The notes beneath the pieces were generated by a model. The model ran no database searches. It was not told the DNA's origin and worked only from the letters and a program-made list of their open reading frames with translations. A stretch of 41,917 nucleotides of DNA from a virus. Taxonomy: Duplodnaviria; Caudoviricetes. The stretch is taken from positions 1 to 41,917 of IMG/VR virus record IMGVR_UViG_3300049847_000328. One strand, given 5' to 3'. The translations under genes and the position numbers were made by a program. The first letter of the stretch is position 1, and each line of letters opens with the position of its first letter. This document shows, piece after piece, positions 7,362 through 16,970 of this stretch.

Positions 7362-7693
7362 AACTTGAAGTGGGTAAACTATATAAAACTAGATCTAAGC
7401 ACTTAGTTAGACTTATAGATAAACGCAGAGTTCATGAGGATGATACTACTAATTATTTTCTTGGTATCATTGAAGGTGGACTTCCAGAGACTTTTTGGTA
7501 TAGTGACACCGGCAGACTATATAATATGGGTATATCGCCGCATGATATAGAGCGTGAAATATTAACTAAACTTGAATTTCAATCTACGTTTTTAACCTCA
7601 AATGGTAGACTTAACGTTGAGCTACCAAAAAAAGAAATTGAAGATCTTTTGGGTCGTAAAGTTAAAATAACTGTAGAGTATGTAAATGAATAA
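7358..7693 (+). CDS. Hypothetical protein
   Basis: MKLEVGKLYKTR start typical of phage hypotheticals; ATGA coupling. Confidence 0.75.
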   Translation: MKLEVGKLYKTRSKHLVRLIDKRRVHEDDTTNYFLGIIEGGLPETFWYSDTGRLYNMGISPHDIEREILTKLEFQSTFLTSNGRLNVELPKKEIEDLLGRKVKITVEYVNE

Positions 7694-8687
7694 GCCAATT
7701 TCATTTTCAGGGTATAAACGATTTATTACCTGTCCAAAGTATTACTACTATCATGATATTAAAGGTGAGAAATCTGATATCGTGAGTTCTGCATTAGTAT
7801 TTGGTACTGCTGTTGATTTAGCATTGAATCATTTACTTGAGTTTAGAAACGAGCCCGAAGCTTTAGGATTATCTAAAGATATAGCAAAAATGCATATAAT
7901 CAATACTAAAATCGATATGTATTTTACCGCAGATTACGACTCTGATTTAGGACTTGATTTGTTGCAATTATATTTAGATGAAAAATCATATAAAGGTGAT
8001 CCTAATGAGCTAATGACAGAATTATTAAATAATCAAAACAAACTTAGTGATAACGAATCATATATTTTAAATAAAGTTGTAAAACATTGTTTAATACAAA
8101 AGGTTGATATTATCCTAAATTCCTATTTTACAAAAGTTCTACCAATTATAGGCAGTGTTGAAACTGTTCAAAAAGAAGTTACTACCGCCGATGGATCGAA
8201 ACGCGGAATTATTGATACTATAATTATCTTAAAAGATGGCAAACGAGTTATTTTTGATAATAAAACATCATCAAGACCATATGAAAAAGATAGTGTTCTT
8301 AAGTCACCACAATTAGCACTATATGCATCTATGGTAAATGCTGATCACGCAGGGTTTATTGTTATGAATAAGCAAATAACAAAGAACCGCAAAAAAGTAT
8401 GTAGCAAATGCGGATACGATGGGTCAGGTACAAAGTATAGAACTTGCCATAATATCATTAATAAAAAGAAATGTGCATCAGAATGGGACGAAACTATTGA
8501 TCCTTATAGTTTTATTCAAATTCATATTGACAAAATACCTCAAATCAATAAGAATCTAATCAATGAAGCTATGGATGATACTATTAAATGTATAAAGAAT
8601 GGTATCTTCCCTAGAAACTTAAATAACTGCTTTAACACATATGGTCAACCTTGTCCATATGTAAAAAAATGCTGGGAGTGCAAGTAA
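7686..8687 (+). CDS. PD-(D/E)XK exonuclease, Cas4/RecB-like
   Basis: SFSGY..F..CP, GIID, DNKTS, QLALY, C-terminal C-x7-CPY-x3-C; internal 4-Cys insert. Confidence 0.88.
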   Translation: MNKPISFSGYKRFITCPKYYYYHDIKGEKSDIVSSALVFGTAVDLALNHLLEFRNEPEALGLSKDIAKMHIINTKIDMYFTADYDSDLGLDLLQLYLDEKSYKGDPNELMTELLNNQNKLSDNESYILNKVVKHCLIQKVDIILNSYFTKVLPIIGSVETVQKEVTTADGSKRGIIDTIIILKDGKRVIFDNKTSSRPYEKDSVLKSPQLALYASMVNADHAGFIVMNKQITKNRKKVCSKCGYDGSGTKYRTCHNIINKKKCASEWDETIDPYSFIQIHIDKIPQINKNLINEAMDDTIKCIKNGIFPRNLNNCFNTYGQPCPYVKKCWECK

Positions 8688-8950
8688 TGTTTAAATCTAA
8701 AAAAGAAACTATAAATAAATATGAAATATTTGTATCAGATATTCTAGGTGTTATATATAACGTTGAATCAATTCTTGCTTCAGGTAAAAACGAAGATGGT
8801 TATTTATTTGAAAGGTATATTGATCATAATATAGACACAAAAATACTTAGTGCTGTTTTAAATAAAGGTATTGAAATTGGTAAAACAAAAATTAATGAAA
8901 ATAATAAATCATTAATAGTTTCATTCAATAACAAGGAGAAAAAGAAATGA
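8687..8950 (+). CDS. Hypothetical protein
   Basis: TAATG-coupled start at 8687 preferred. Confidence 0.65.
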   Translation: MFKSKKETINKYEIFVSDILGVIYNVESILASGKNEDGYLFERYIDHNIDTKILSAVLNKGIEIGKTKINENNKSLIVSFNNKEKKK

Positions 8951-9375
8951 GTGAATTATATAAAAAATTAACGGCAGACTTTCAACCGGAAGCTATGTCT
9001 AAAGATATGTCTCGCGGGTTTGAGTTAACATCAATCAAAGCTCAATATGTTGTTGAGCGATTAAATGAAGTATTTGGTGTTGAAGGATGGAAGGCAGACT
9101 ATACAGTGCAACTCCTTGATAAAGAACAAGGATGTATTGTTAAATGTATTATTATTGCAAATAGTGAAAATGGTGAAATTGTTATTCAGCGCAGCGCATT
9201 TGGTGGATCAGATATTAAAAAGAATATTGGAGACACCATTAAATCTGCTATGACAGATTCATTGTCTAAAGCAGCTTCTCACATGGGTATTGGTAACGAG
9301 GTATTCAAAGGTAAAGTAAAAGTAGGGGGCACTACTTCTGCTGCACCTGCCGCTAAACGCAGTCCTCGTTTGTAA
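8947..9375 (+). CDS. sak: Rad52/Rad22-like single-strand annealing protein (Sak)
   Basis: AQYVVERLNEVFGVEGW and KSAMTDSLSKAASHMGIG motifs. Confidence 0.88.
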   Translation: MSELYKKLTADFQPEAMSKDMSRGFELTSIKAQYVVERLNEVFGVEGWKADYTVQLLDKEQGCIVKCIIIANSENGEIVIQRSAFGGSDIKKNIGDTIKSAMTDSLSKAASHMGIGNEVFKGKVKVGGTTSAAPAAKRSPRL

Positions 9376-9444
9376 GCTCCAAACGTGTCACATACGTTAG
9401 TTGTGAGGTTGTTGCTAACTACTTTTTTTGTTGTTGGAGGCAAA

Positions 9445-10965
9445 ATGAAAATATCTACAGGTAATAATAATACTAATTTTAAACCAGTCGAAATTAACAG
9501 TATTGAAGAATTATGTGAAACTATAACAAAGACTAATTACTCACAGTCTATTTATAAAGATAACTACCGCAATCTTAAGAATTTTTTCTCAGCAGAAATT
9601 ATTGCTGTTGATGTTGATAATGAAAATAAAGGTGATAACCATACTATTGACCAAGCGGTAGAACTATTTAAAGAGTATAAGCATATCATTGCACCTTCTA
9701 GATCGCATCGTAAAGATAAGAACGGTAAAGTTGCGGACAGATTTAGAGTTATTCTTTTTTTAAGCGAACCAATTACTAACGCTAAAGATTTTACGGCAAC
9801 ATGGCATTCAATTCACAAGATTTATCCTGCGATTGATACAGCATGTAAGGATGCAAGTCGTTACTTCTATCCTTCTCCGGAAGTCTACTCTAAAAATCCA
9901 TCAGGTAAATTATGGCCTGTTTCTAAATACACAGAAGAACCACCGGTTCAAACTGATATAGACTCAGTACTTGGTAAAGGCCAATTGGCAGCAATTACAT
10001 TAGATTTCTTACTTAATGGTGCACCGCAAGGTAAGCGCAATGACCGCCTTTTTAAGGCCGCTAAAGACATGCAAGAGCAAGGATACTCAAAGGATGAGTG
10101 TGTTGCTAGGATCAATAAAATGATTCAATCTGGAGGTTCATGGGCGCATAAAGAGCTTGTTACAAGAGACCTTCAAACTATTGATAGTGCATATAACCAA
10201 GATCCAAAGTATAGCAAACGTGATGGTGAATTGACTAAAAACCCAACATTTACGTTTAAAACAGCAAAAGGACTCCTAGAATCAACAGAACAAGTTAATT
10301 GGGTAGTTGATAACCTTCTCACTGAGGGCGGTATGAGCGTTATGGCAGGACCCCCAAAATCAGGCAAATCTACCCTAATGAGACAGTTAGTTCTTGCTGT
10401 TTCACGCGGCGGAGAGTTCTTAGGTCGTAAAGTAAAACCTGGTAAAGTAATCTATTTAGCCCTTGAAGAACAAGAAGGGGTGCTTAAAGATCAGTATAAA
10501 ACTAGTGGACTTACTGAAAATGATAATATGATTATTCATACTGGTGGAGTTCAAACTGAAGATCCAATTCTTGATTTGCGTTCTGCGATATTGGATTTTG
10601 AACCTTCCCTTGTTGTGATTGATACTCTATTTTTATTAATGCAGATTGAATCAATAAATGACTATCGTCAAGTCAACGAGGCAATGGCTAAATTCCGTAA
10701 TCTTGCCCGTGAAACTAATACGCATATTATCACAGTCCATCATACTAAAAAAGATGGCGAATCAACTGGTGCTAATCGTATTCTTGGTTCATCAGCAATT
10801 CACGGAGCGGTTGACTCGGCTTTGATCCTTACCGTTGAAGATAAACGTAGGTTCTTTACTACTTCTCAGAGATTTGGTAAAACATTTTATGATCAAGAGT
10901 TAGTTTTTGATAAAGATACGGCTACTTATTTATTGGGTAATAACAATAAGAATAAGGACTTTTAA
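9445..10965 (+). CDS. Primase-helicase (AEP-like N-terminus, RecA-like RepA-type helicase)
   Basis: DVDN, SRSH, FRVI, PriCT-like GKRNDRLF; Walker A GPPKSGKS, VVIDT, VHHTKK, GSSA; GGAGG before ATG 9445. Confidence 0.88.
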   Translation: MKISTGNNNTNFKPVEINSIEELCETITKTNYSQSIYKDNYRNLKNFFSAEIIAVDVDNENKGDNHTIDQAVELFKEYKHIIAPSRSHRKDKNGKVADRFRVILFLSEPITNAKDFTATWHSIHKIYPAIDTACKDASRYFYPSPEVYSKNPSGKLWPVSKYTEEPPVQTDIDSVLGKGQLAAITLDFLLNGAPQGKRNDRLFKAAKDMQEQGYSKDECVARINKMIQSGGSWAHKELVTRDLQTIDSAYNQDPKYSKRDGELTKNPTFTFKTAKGLLESTEQVNWVVDNLLTEGGMSVMAGPPKSGKSTLMRQLVLAVSRGGEFLGRKVKPGKVIYLALEEQEGVLKDQYKTSGLTENDNMIIHTGGVQTEDPILDLRSAILDFEPSLVVIDTLFLLMQIESINDYRQVNEAMAKFRNLARETNTHIITVHHTKKDGESTGANRILGSSAIHGAVDSALILTVEDKRRFFTTSQRFGKTFYDQELVFDKDTATYLLGNNNKNKDF

Positions 10966-13112
10966 TGTATAACGATAAACTTCTTTATGGTAAAAATTCC
11001 AAGGAAGGAATTGTCTCTATAGAAAATAAAGACAATAAGTTACATATTTATACACATACTGGTCAAGAAATTATTAATTGTGATTACTATATTCTTTATG
11101 ATAAATACCTTGAGTCTTATACTGATGGCAGACTTGAAGGTGTTGGTCAACTGAGATATTACTCTAAGTTTGAATCATCTAAAGAACTTTATGATTTTGA
11201 AACAGTATTAAAATCAAAGGATATTAAGTATTTTAAACCTCGTTCGCCTAGCGAAGGTATGATGCTAAAAGCAGGCTATACACAATATAAAGGAATGAAG
11301 TTTAAAGATCTAAACGTACTAAGTTTCGACTTAGAAACAACCGGAGCATTAATCGATGATAATTCTTATGTTTTGCTTATTAGTAATACTTTCAGGTCTA
11401 GTGATGGCAGCACTGATACTAAGCTCTTTGCTTTTGACGATTATGATAGTCCATCAGATTTTATACGGGACTGGTGTAAATGGGTTCGTAGCAAGAACCC
11501 TGATGTTTTACTTGGTCATAACCTATTTGGATTCGACTTACCTTATCTAAGGCAGTTCTGTAAAAATCAAAATATCGATGGTCTCCATCTTGGTCGTGAC
11601 GCCTCAAAACTACATTACGCACGTAACCCTAGTAAATTCCGTAAAGATGGTTCACAATCCTATGACTACATCAATGTAAATTGTTATGGTAGAGAAATTA
11701 TTGATACAATGTTTTTGGCTTTTAAGTTTGATATTGGACGCAAATATGAATCGTACGGACTAAAACAAATTATTAAACAAGAGGGCCTTGAGAAGGCAGA
11801 CCGTCAACATTACGATGCTTCAAAGATTCGTACAATGTTTACTAATCCTATTGAATGGGCTAAAATTAAAAAGTATGCCGAGCATGACGCAGATGACGCA
11901 CTTGCGTTATTTGATCTTATGGCACCATCTTTTTTCTATTATACTCAAGTTGTTCCTATGTCATTTCAAAACATTATTAACCGCGCGACTGGAAGTCAAG
12001 TAAATAACCTTATGATTAGATCATATATACAAGATGGGTTATCTATTCCATTACCATCAGATACAGAACACTTCCAAGGCGCGGAAGTTATTGGTAACTG
12101 CGGAATCTATGAACATGTGTATAAAGTTGACGTTGCAAGTCTATACCCATCAATTATGCTTAAAGATTCAATTTATCCTGAAGATAAGGATTTTAATGGT
12201 AATTTTTTAAAGATATTAAAGACACTAACAGAAGAACGTTTATTAAATAAAAAGCTTGGTAAAGAAACTGGAGATAGATACTATAAAGACATGGAGCAGG
12301 CACAAAAGATTGTTATTAACTCGGCTTACGGCTTTATGGGCGCGCCTGGTCTTAATTTTAATTATCCTGTCGGGGCGGCAGCGGTCACTCTTGAAGGCAG
12401 AAGAATTCTTAATATAGCACTTAATTGGGCTAAAATTAACAATTTTCAAATTGTAAATGCGGATACCGATTCTATTAGTTTTACTAACGGTCAACATATT
12501 GATCTTCAAAAATGCCTTAATGAACTAAATGAACTGTCAGGTCGTAGTATTACATGGGAAAATGACGGACAATATGAAAAAGTAATAGTAGTAAAATCAA
12601 AGAATTACGTACTTAAACATGAAAAAAAGACCATTATTAAAGGGTCTGGACTTAAAGCAACAATGAAGGAAAAAGCCCTTCAAAAATATATCCGCGAGGT
12701 AATTGATTTATTATTAGAAAATAAAAGTGCATCACTAGTGGAACACTATATGAGTTATGTAAATCAGATCTGTAGTTTGACCGATATTAGTGAATGGTGT
12801 AGTAAAAAGACTATCACTAAAGCAGTACTTGAAGGTACAAGAACTAATGAAACTCGCGTAATGGACGCTGTTGAAGATGTTGAAGGACTACAAGAAGGTG
12901 ATAAGGTCTATGTTTTTTTTGAAACAGTAGATAAACTATCGCAGGATAAAGACTTTAAAGGCGTTTACTCGCGTAAAAAACTATTTGATAAACTATTTAA
13001 AACAATTAAAGTATTTGAAAATATTGTAGATATTAAACAATTCCCGAATTATTCACTTAAAGGGAATCAAAAGAAACTATTAGAACAAAATTTAATATTT
13101 GAAATTGAATAA
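10965..13112 (+). CDS. polB: Family B DNA polymerase with 3'-5' exonuclease
   Basis: FDLET, GHNLFGFD, YAEHD; DVASLYPS, KIVINSAYG, NADTDS. Confidence 0.96.
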   Translation: MYNDKLLYGKNSKEGIVSIENKDNKLHIYTHTGQEIINCDYYILYDKYLESYTDGRLEGVGQLRYYSKFESSKELYDFETVLKSKDIKYFKPRSPSEGMMLKAGYTQYKGMKFKDLNVLSFDLETTGALIDDNSYVLLISNTFRSSDGSTDTKLFAFDDYDSPSDFIRDWCKWVRSKNPDVLLGHNLFGFDLPYLRQFCKNQNIDGLHLGRDASKLHYARNPSKFRKDGSQSYDYINVNCYGREIIDTMFLAFKFDIGRKYESYGLKQIIKQEGLEKADRQHYDASKIRTMFTNPIEWAKIKKYAEHDADDALALFDLMAPSFFYYTQVVPMSFQNIINRATGSQVNNLMIRSYIQDGLSIPLPSDTEHFQGAEVIGNCGIYEHVYKVDVASLYPSIMLKDSIYPEDKDFNGNFLKILKTLTEERLLNKKLGKETGDRYYKDMEQAQKIVINSAYGFMGAPGLNFNYPVGAAAVTLEGRRILNIALNWAKINNFQIVNADTDSISFTNGQHIDLQKCLNELNELSGRSITWENDGQYEKVIVVKSKNYVLKHEKKTIIKGSGLKATMKEKALQKYIREVIDLLLENKSASLVEHYMSYVNQICSLTDISEWCSKKTITKAVLEGTRTNETRVMDAVEDVEGLQEGDKVYVFFETVDKLSQDKDFKGVYSRKKLFDKLFKTIKVFENIVDIKQFPNYSLKGNQKKLLEQNLIFEIE

Positions 13113-13152
13113 AACTCGCCGCGCATAGAGGAGGCACTCTATACGCAGCAAG
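13108..13152 (-). terminator. Intrinsic terminator of the late operon (between convergent arms)
   Basis: 16-bp stem (13115-13130/13137-13152) fully paired on the minus strand with 3 G-U, followed by UUUUAUU. Confidence 0.85.
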
Positions 13153-13165
13153 ACCATTACTGGTT

Positions 13166-13876
13166 TTAGAAATCTGCCTTATACGCTATATATACTAACC
13201 CATCTCCACCGTTGCCGCCTAAACCATTAGTTCCGGCAACTCCAGTTCCACCGCCGCCGCCTGCGCCGTATCCGCCGTTTGTTGCTTTTAATGTAGGATT
13301 AGTTCCACCGCCGTTGCCGCCTACTCCGTAAGAAGCTCCACCGCCGCCGCCTTGTTCTAGGTTAATACCTGCACCTAAAGCAGCAAGTCCACCTGTGTTA
13401 TATTGCGAATTTTCACCGTTTTCTGCTGTATAATCTCCACTACCAAATCCACTGCGTGATCCTTGTCCGCCGTTGCCGCCGTTCCAATACCCAACACCTA
13501 ACACACCGGCATTAGCTCCACCATTACCACCTGCGTCTCCACCTGCAGCAATAAACCTATTTATAGACGATTGTATATAAGAGTCTTGACCGTTTGTTGC
13601 GCCGCTAGATGTTGTACCACCAGTTCCACCTTGACCAATAAAAATAGTTAAAGTTTCACCAGGATTAACAGATAAAAGAGATGATAAAACTGCCGCACCT
13701 CCGCCGCCGGAACCTCCAAATATACCATTTGAACCGCCGCCGCCGCCGCCTGCGCCAACAACAAGCGCAATTATATTATTTACACCAGGTGGTATAACAA
13801 AACTGTGTGTTCCTGGTGTTGTAAAAGTTTGTCTAACAAATCCTTTTCTAGGAAAATGAAATTGTGAACCTGACAT
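13166..13876 (-). CDS. Glycine-rich tail fibre-associated protein
   Basis: TFTTPGTHSFVIP, GAGGGGG repeats, GGNGGDGLVYI end. Confidence 0.8.
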   Translation of the reverse strand: MSGSQFHFPRKGFVRQTFTTPGTHSFVIPPGVNNIIALVVGAGGGGGGSNGIFGGSGGGGAAVLSSLLSVNPGETLTIFIGQGGTGGTTSSGATNGQDSYIQSSINRFIAAGGDAGGNGGANAGVLGVGYWNGGNGGQGSRSGFGSGDYTAENGENSQYNTGGLAALGAGINLEQGGGGGASYGVGGNGGGTNPTLKATNGGYGAGGGGGTGVAGTNGLGGNGGDGLVYIAYKADF

Positions 13877-13884
13877 AGTGCCTC

Positions 13885-14397
13885 CTAAGTTAATTCACCG
13901 TAAATTGAAATATGAAATTTACCTTGGTTAGTTTGTACTCCTACAATTCTAGCTCTTAGTAAATCGTTTTGATTAAATATTTGAGTCGCTGGGCTAATAA
14001 AACTTACCGCACCAGAGATAGAACCAATTGAAGTTCCTGAAATTGAAACTGGTGTAGTTAATAATGGAGACCAATTAGCTCCATTATCTGTTGATTTATC
14101 TATTTGTATTTGTAGTGTGCCCGAAGTAGACGCAGATAAAAGAGTAAGTAATACTTGTGTTATTGTTCCACTTACTGGCGCTCTAAAAACAGGTATAAAC
14201 TCACTAATTTCTGTGTTGGTATAATCAGAAATAAATCCTGTTACAGAAAAATCAAGTATATCAATACTGGCCGTTTGTTTTAATGCCTCAATATCAGTAT
14301 TAAAAGACTCCATATTGTCATGGATATACTGAAATATTTCTTCTTTTGTTGGTTTACCTGCTTCAATCCAAGCGGAAGGAATTGGTATATAAGACAT
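13885..14397 (-). CDS. Tail tip-associated protein
   Basis: Position; N-terminal attachment-like segment and beta-rich domain. Confidence 0.7.
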   Translation of the reverse strand: MSYIPIPSAWIEAGKPTKEEIFQYIHDNMESFNTDIEALKQTASIDILDFSVTGFISDYTNTEISEFIPVFRAPVSGTITQVLLTLLSASTSGTLQIQIDKSTDNGANWSPLLTTPVSISGTSIGSISGAVSFISPATQIFNQNDLLRARIVGVQTNQGKFHISIYGELT

Positions 14398-14405
14398 TTT
14401 TACCC

Positions 14406-16970
14406 CTAACTAATTAAATGCACTCCGGCAGTTTCTTCTAAATTTTCAACTATACCTTGATTGTCGGTGATATACCCATAAACTAGACGTTCATCATCAC
14501 TTGATAATAGATATTCTGGAGCAGTATTTGGTGTGATATAACTTGAGGTATTAAATGTATTACCTAAATCGCTCATCTCCCAATCTATCATTTCACCTGT
14601 TACCGTTTTACCTGTTATCAATACGACTTTTTTACGAACATTATCCGCACCAAGCCTGCGGTACATCTGTTTAAAGTCCAAAATAACAATATCGCCTATT
14701 TCTAAATTCTCTAATCTTAAATCGCTTTTAACTTTTATAGTTGCAACACTTAATCTGTTTTGATAAAGATTGCGGTGTGCGTTTATTTTTGCTTCTGTTT
14801 CATTATATAAATATAAGCTAACTTCTGACAATTGACCAGACTCAATATATCTATTTACAAACTCAGATTCAAATAAATATACGTTATTTGCTTCAGATAA
14901 AGTGTCATTACCTACATCTTTAAATCTATATTTAGCAATAACCTTATTAAATATCTTACCGTTTGTAGATTGAATACTCCAATCAATAACATCATAATCA
15001 CTAATTGTAAGTATCTGATCATCAGCAAAAGCATTTAACACTTGAAATTTTAATCTAAGGTTATTATCTAATGTTAAACTAGAACTAATCGATTTGTTTA
15101 ATTTATCAACTATATCTTTAACTTTAGGTAATGATTTACCGCTAAAAGATTCTGGTATCGCAATAGATACTAATTGATTACCATCAACTTTACCGTCAAT
15201 AAATGATTGTTCATTGACTTCTGTAATATTGATTTGACGAATTAAATCGCGTTCTGCCTGCGCAATTGTGCTAATCCAAACTCCGGAAGCAAGTCCATTT
15301 TCAGTTTTACCAAGTATATCAACAGATATTGTAGTATCGTCTACTAAATAATCAGGGCTTTTATAATCGGCGGTATCACTAACGGTAGCTTCTGTAAAAT
15401 TACTAATTAAATAAATATCGTTATTATCAATATACGAAATCTTGTAATAAGTTGTATACGCAGGAACGTTAGGCTTAATCCAATCACCGGCTTTTAATAA
15501 TTCACTTATTTGAATATCTCCACCGCCTGTATAAGAAACAATCCTAGATCCATTAGTAAAATTTAGATTATAAGCAGTAGATTTTTCTTGAGCTAAATTA
15601 AACTCAACATTAGATGAAAATGTAATTCCACAAGAAGATGAGTTATTAATATTAAAATCGCCAGCAGGCACGATAGACCCGTTGATATATACTTTTTGAA
15701 TTGGCCGTCTAATAGCATTAGTGCTAGGGGTTGGTCTATTAATCATATTTTGACGTAAAACAACAATATTACCAGGCGCGGTATTTTTGATTTCAATACG
15801 CTCGCCGGTAGAAACAAACTCAATAAAGTCACCAGGGAATAGTCCTGAAACATCATTTAATACAACTCTATTTAATTGCTCAACAAGTATGATACTTTTA
15901 ACCTGTTCGGTGCATATATGTTCTGTAGCAAGATAAGTTCTATTTTTTAAAGGTATACCACGCTTAGGACTATTTATACCAGGTCGTGCGCTAAATCCAT
16001 AATCTGGTTCATTTGATATAGTTAACTCGGTATTACTTTGAATAGATTCGACTGTAAATTCAAGACTATCAATTGTAAGTTTATCACCTTGAAATACTTG
16101 AGTTAAAAATTGTGTGCCTGTTCCATATAGCTTTGGTTCCGCAACTGATGCAGTAAGTGTGCCAGTTAATTGAAATCCATCACCAATCTGATCAATAGAT
16201 TGACATTGTAAACCATCAACTCTACCATATACTAAACGTTTATATTGACCTTTAACGCTATTAGATACGTTATCTAAATCAGAGTATACGCTATTTTGCG
16301 GCGGTTGAAGTAATTCAAATATAGGATCTTTAACCGTAAGTGTTAATTGATTTGTGTCAAATGATTTATTAGTGACACGACCTCTATATATAATCTTAGC
16401 TTCAGATGGTTTTAAATCTCGGTTCCAACTGTATACATTTACAATTTGATTTTCAAATATAATCTTATCAAACAATACATCTAAATCACCATCTTGACAA
16501 TGTAATGATAATGTACCTGTTCCAACAAGCGAGGTTAAAGCCTGATCAATACCTATCTTATGTTTATATCCTGGTGTTGCTTTAATGCGACCATCATAGA
16601 ATACTTCATCAGATAGATCTTCAAAATTCCAACTACAATTAATACCTACATCGCTATAGAAAAATCTGTACGTTGCAATCATTTCAACAGCTTTTGGATT
16701 TAAATCAGATAAAGGTCTTACGTGTATTGTTGAGGTTTTAATATCGTAATAGAATTGACCAGGATTAATAATAGAAACTAAAGAATTTACTTTTGTTAAA
16801 TATGTATCGTTTTGTTTTAATTCATAAACAAAATAAGGTACAACTTTAGAATAAATATTAGAACTAGGACCTGTAAATACATATAAACGCTGCTTACCAT
16901 GGACATGAACCATAGTAAGTTTTTCACTAGATTGAGCATTTATAAATTCATCTCTAGTTTTAAATCTCAC
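14406..16970 (-). CDS. Tail tip/baseplate hub protein
   Basis: 854 aa; LVYG and LEIGDIV motifs typical of hub proteins; position. Confidence 0.7.
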   Translation of the reverse strand: MRFKTRDEFINAQSSEKLTMVHVHGKQRLYVFTGPSSNIYSKVVPYFVYELKQNDTYLTKVNSLVSIINPGQFYYDIKTSTIHVRPLSDLNPKAVEMIATYRFFYSDVGINCSWNFEDLSDEVFYDGRIKATPGYKHKIGIDQALTSLVGTGTLSLHCQDGDLDVLFDKIIFENQIVNVYSWNRDLKPSEAKIIYRGRVTNKSFDTNQLTLTVKDPIFELLQPPQNSVYSDLDNVSNSVKGQYKRLVYGRVDGLQCQSIDQIGDGFQLTGTLTASVAEPKLYGTGTQFLTQVFQGDKLTIDSLEFTVESIQSNTELTISNEPDYGFSARPGINSPKRGIPLKNRTYLATEHICTEQVKSIILVEQLNRVVLNDVSGLFPGDFIEFVSTGERIEIKNTAPGNIVVLRQNMINRPTPSTNAIRRPIQKVYINGSIVPAGDFNINNSSSCGITFSSNVEFNLAQEKSTAYNLNFTNGSRIVSYTGGGDIQISELLKAGDWIKPNVPAYTTYYKISYIDNNDIYLISNFTEATVSDTADYKSPDYLVDDTTISVDILGKTENGLASGVWISTIAQAERDLIRQINITEVNEQSFIDGKVDGNQLVSIAIPESFSGKSLPKVKDIVDKLNKSISSSLTLDNNLRLKFQVLNAFADDQILTISDYDVIDWSIQSTNGKIFNKVIAKYRFKDVGNDTLSEANNVYLFESEFVNRYIESGQLSEVSLYLYNETEAKINAHRNLYQNRLSVATIKVKSDLRLENLEIGDIVILDFKQMYRRLGADNVRKKVVLITGKTVTGEMIDWEMSDLGNTFNTSSYITPNTAPEYLLSSDDERLVYGYITDNQGIVENLEETAGVHLIS

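Noticed and set aside
7686-8687. CRISPR-Cas association of the Cas4-like gene
   Set aside because: No array or other cas genes; proximity to Sak indicates a recombination exonuclease
9396-9430. Terminator between sak and primase
   Set aside because: U-tract present but only a weak 6-bp stem with a 12-nt loop
6984-13112. 2-aminoadenine (Z) genome or 7-deazaguanine system
   Set aside because: No PurZ, DpdA or Que-pathway genes recognisable
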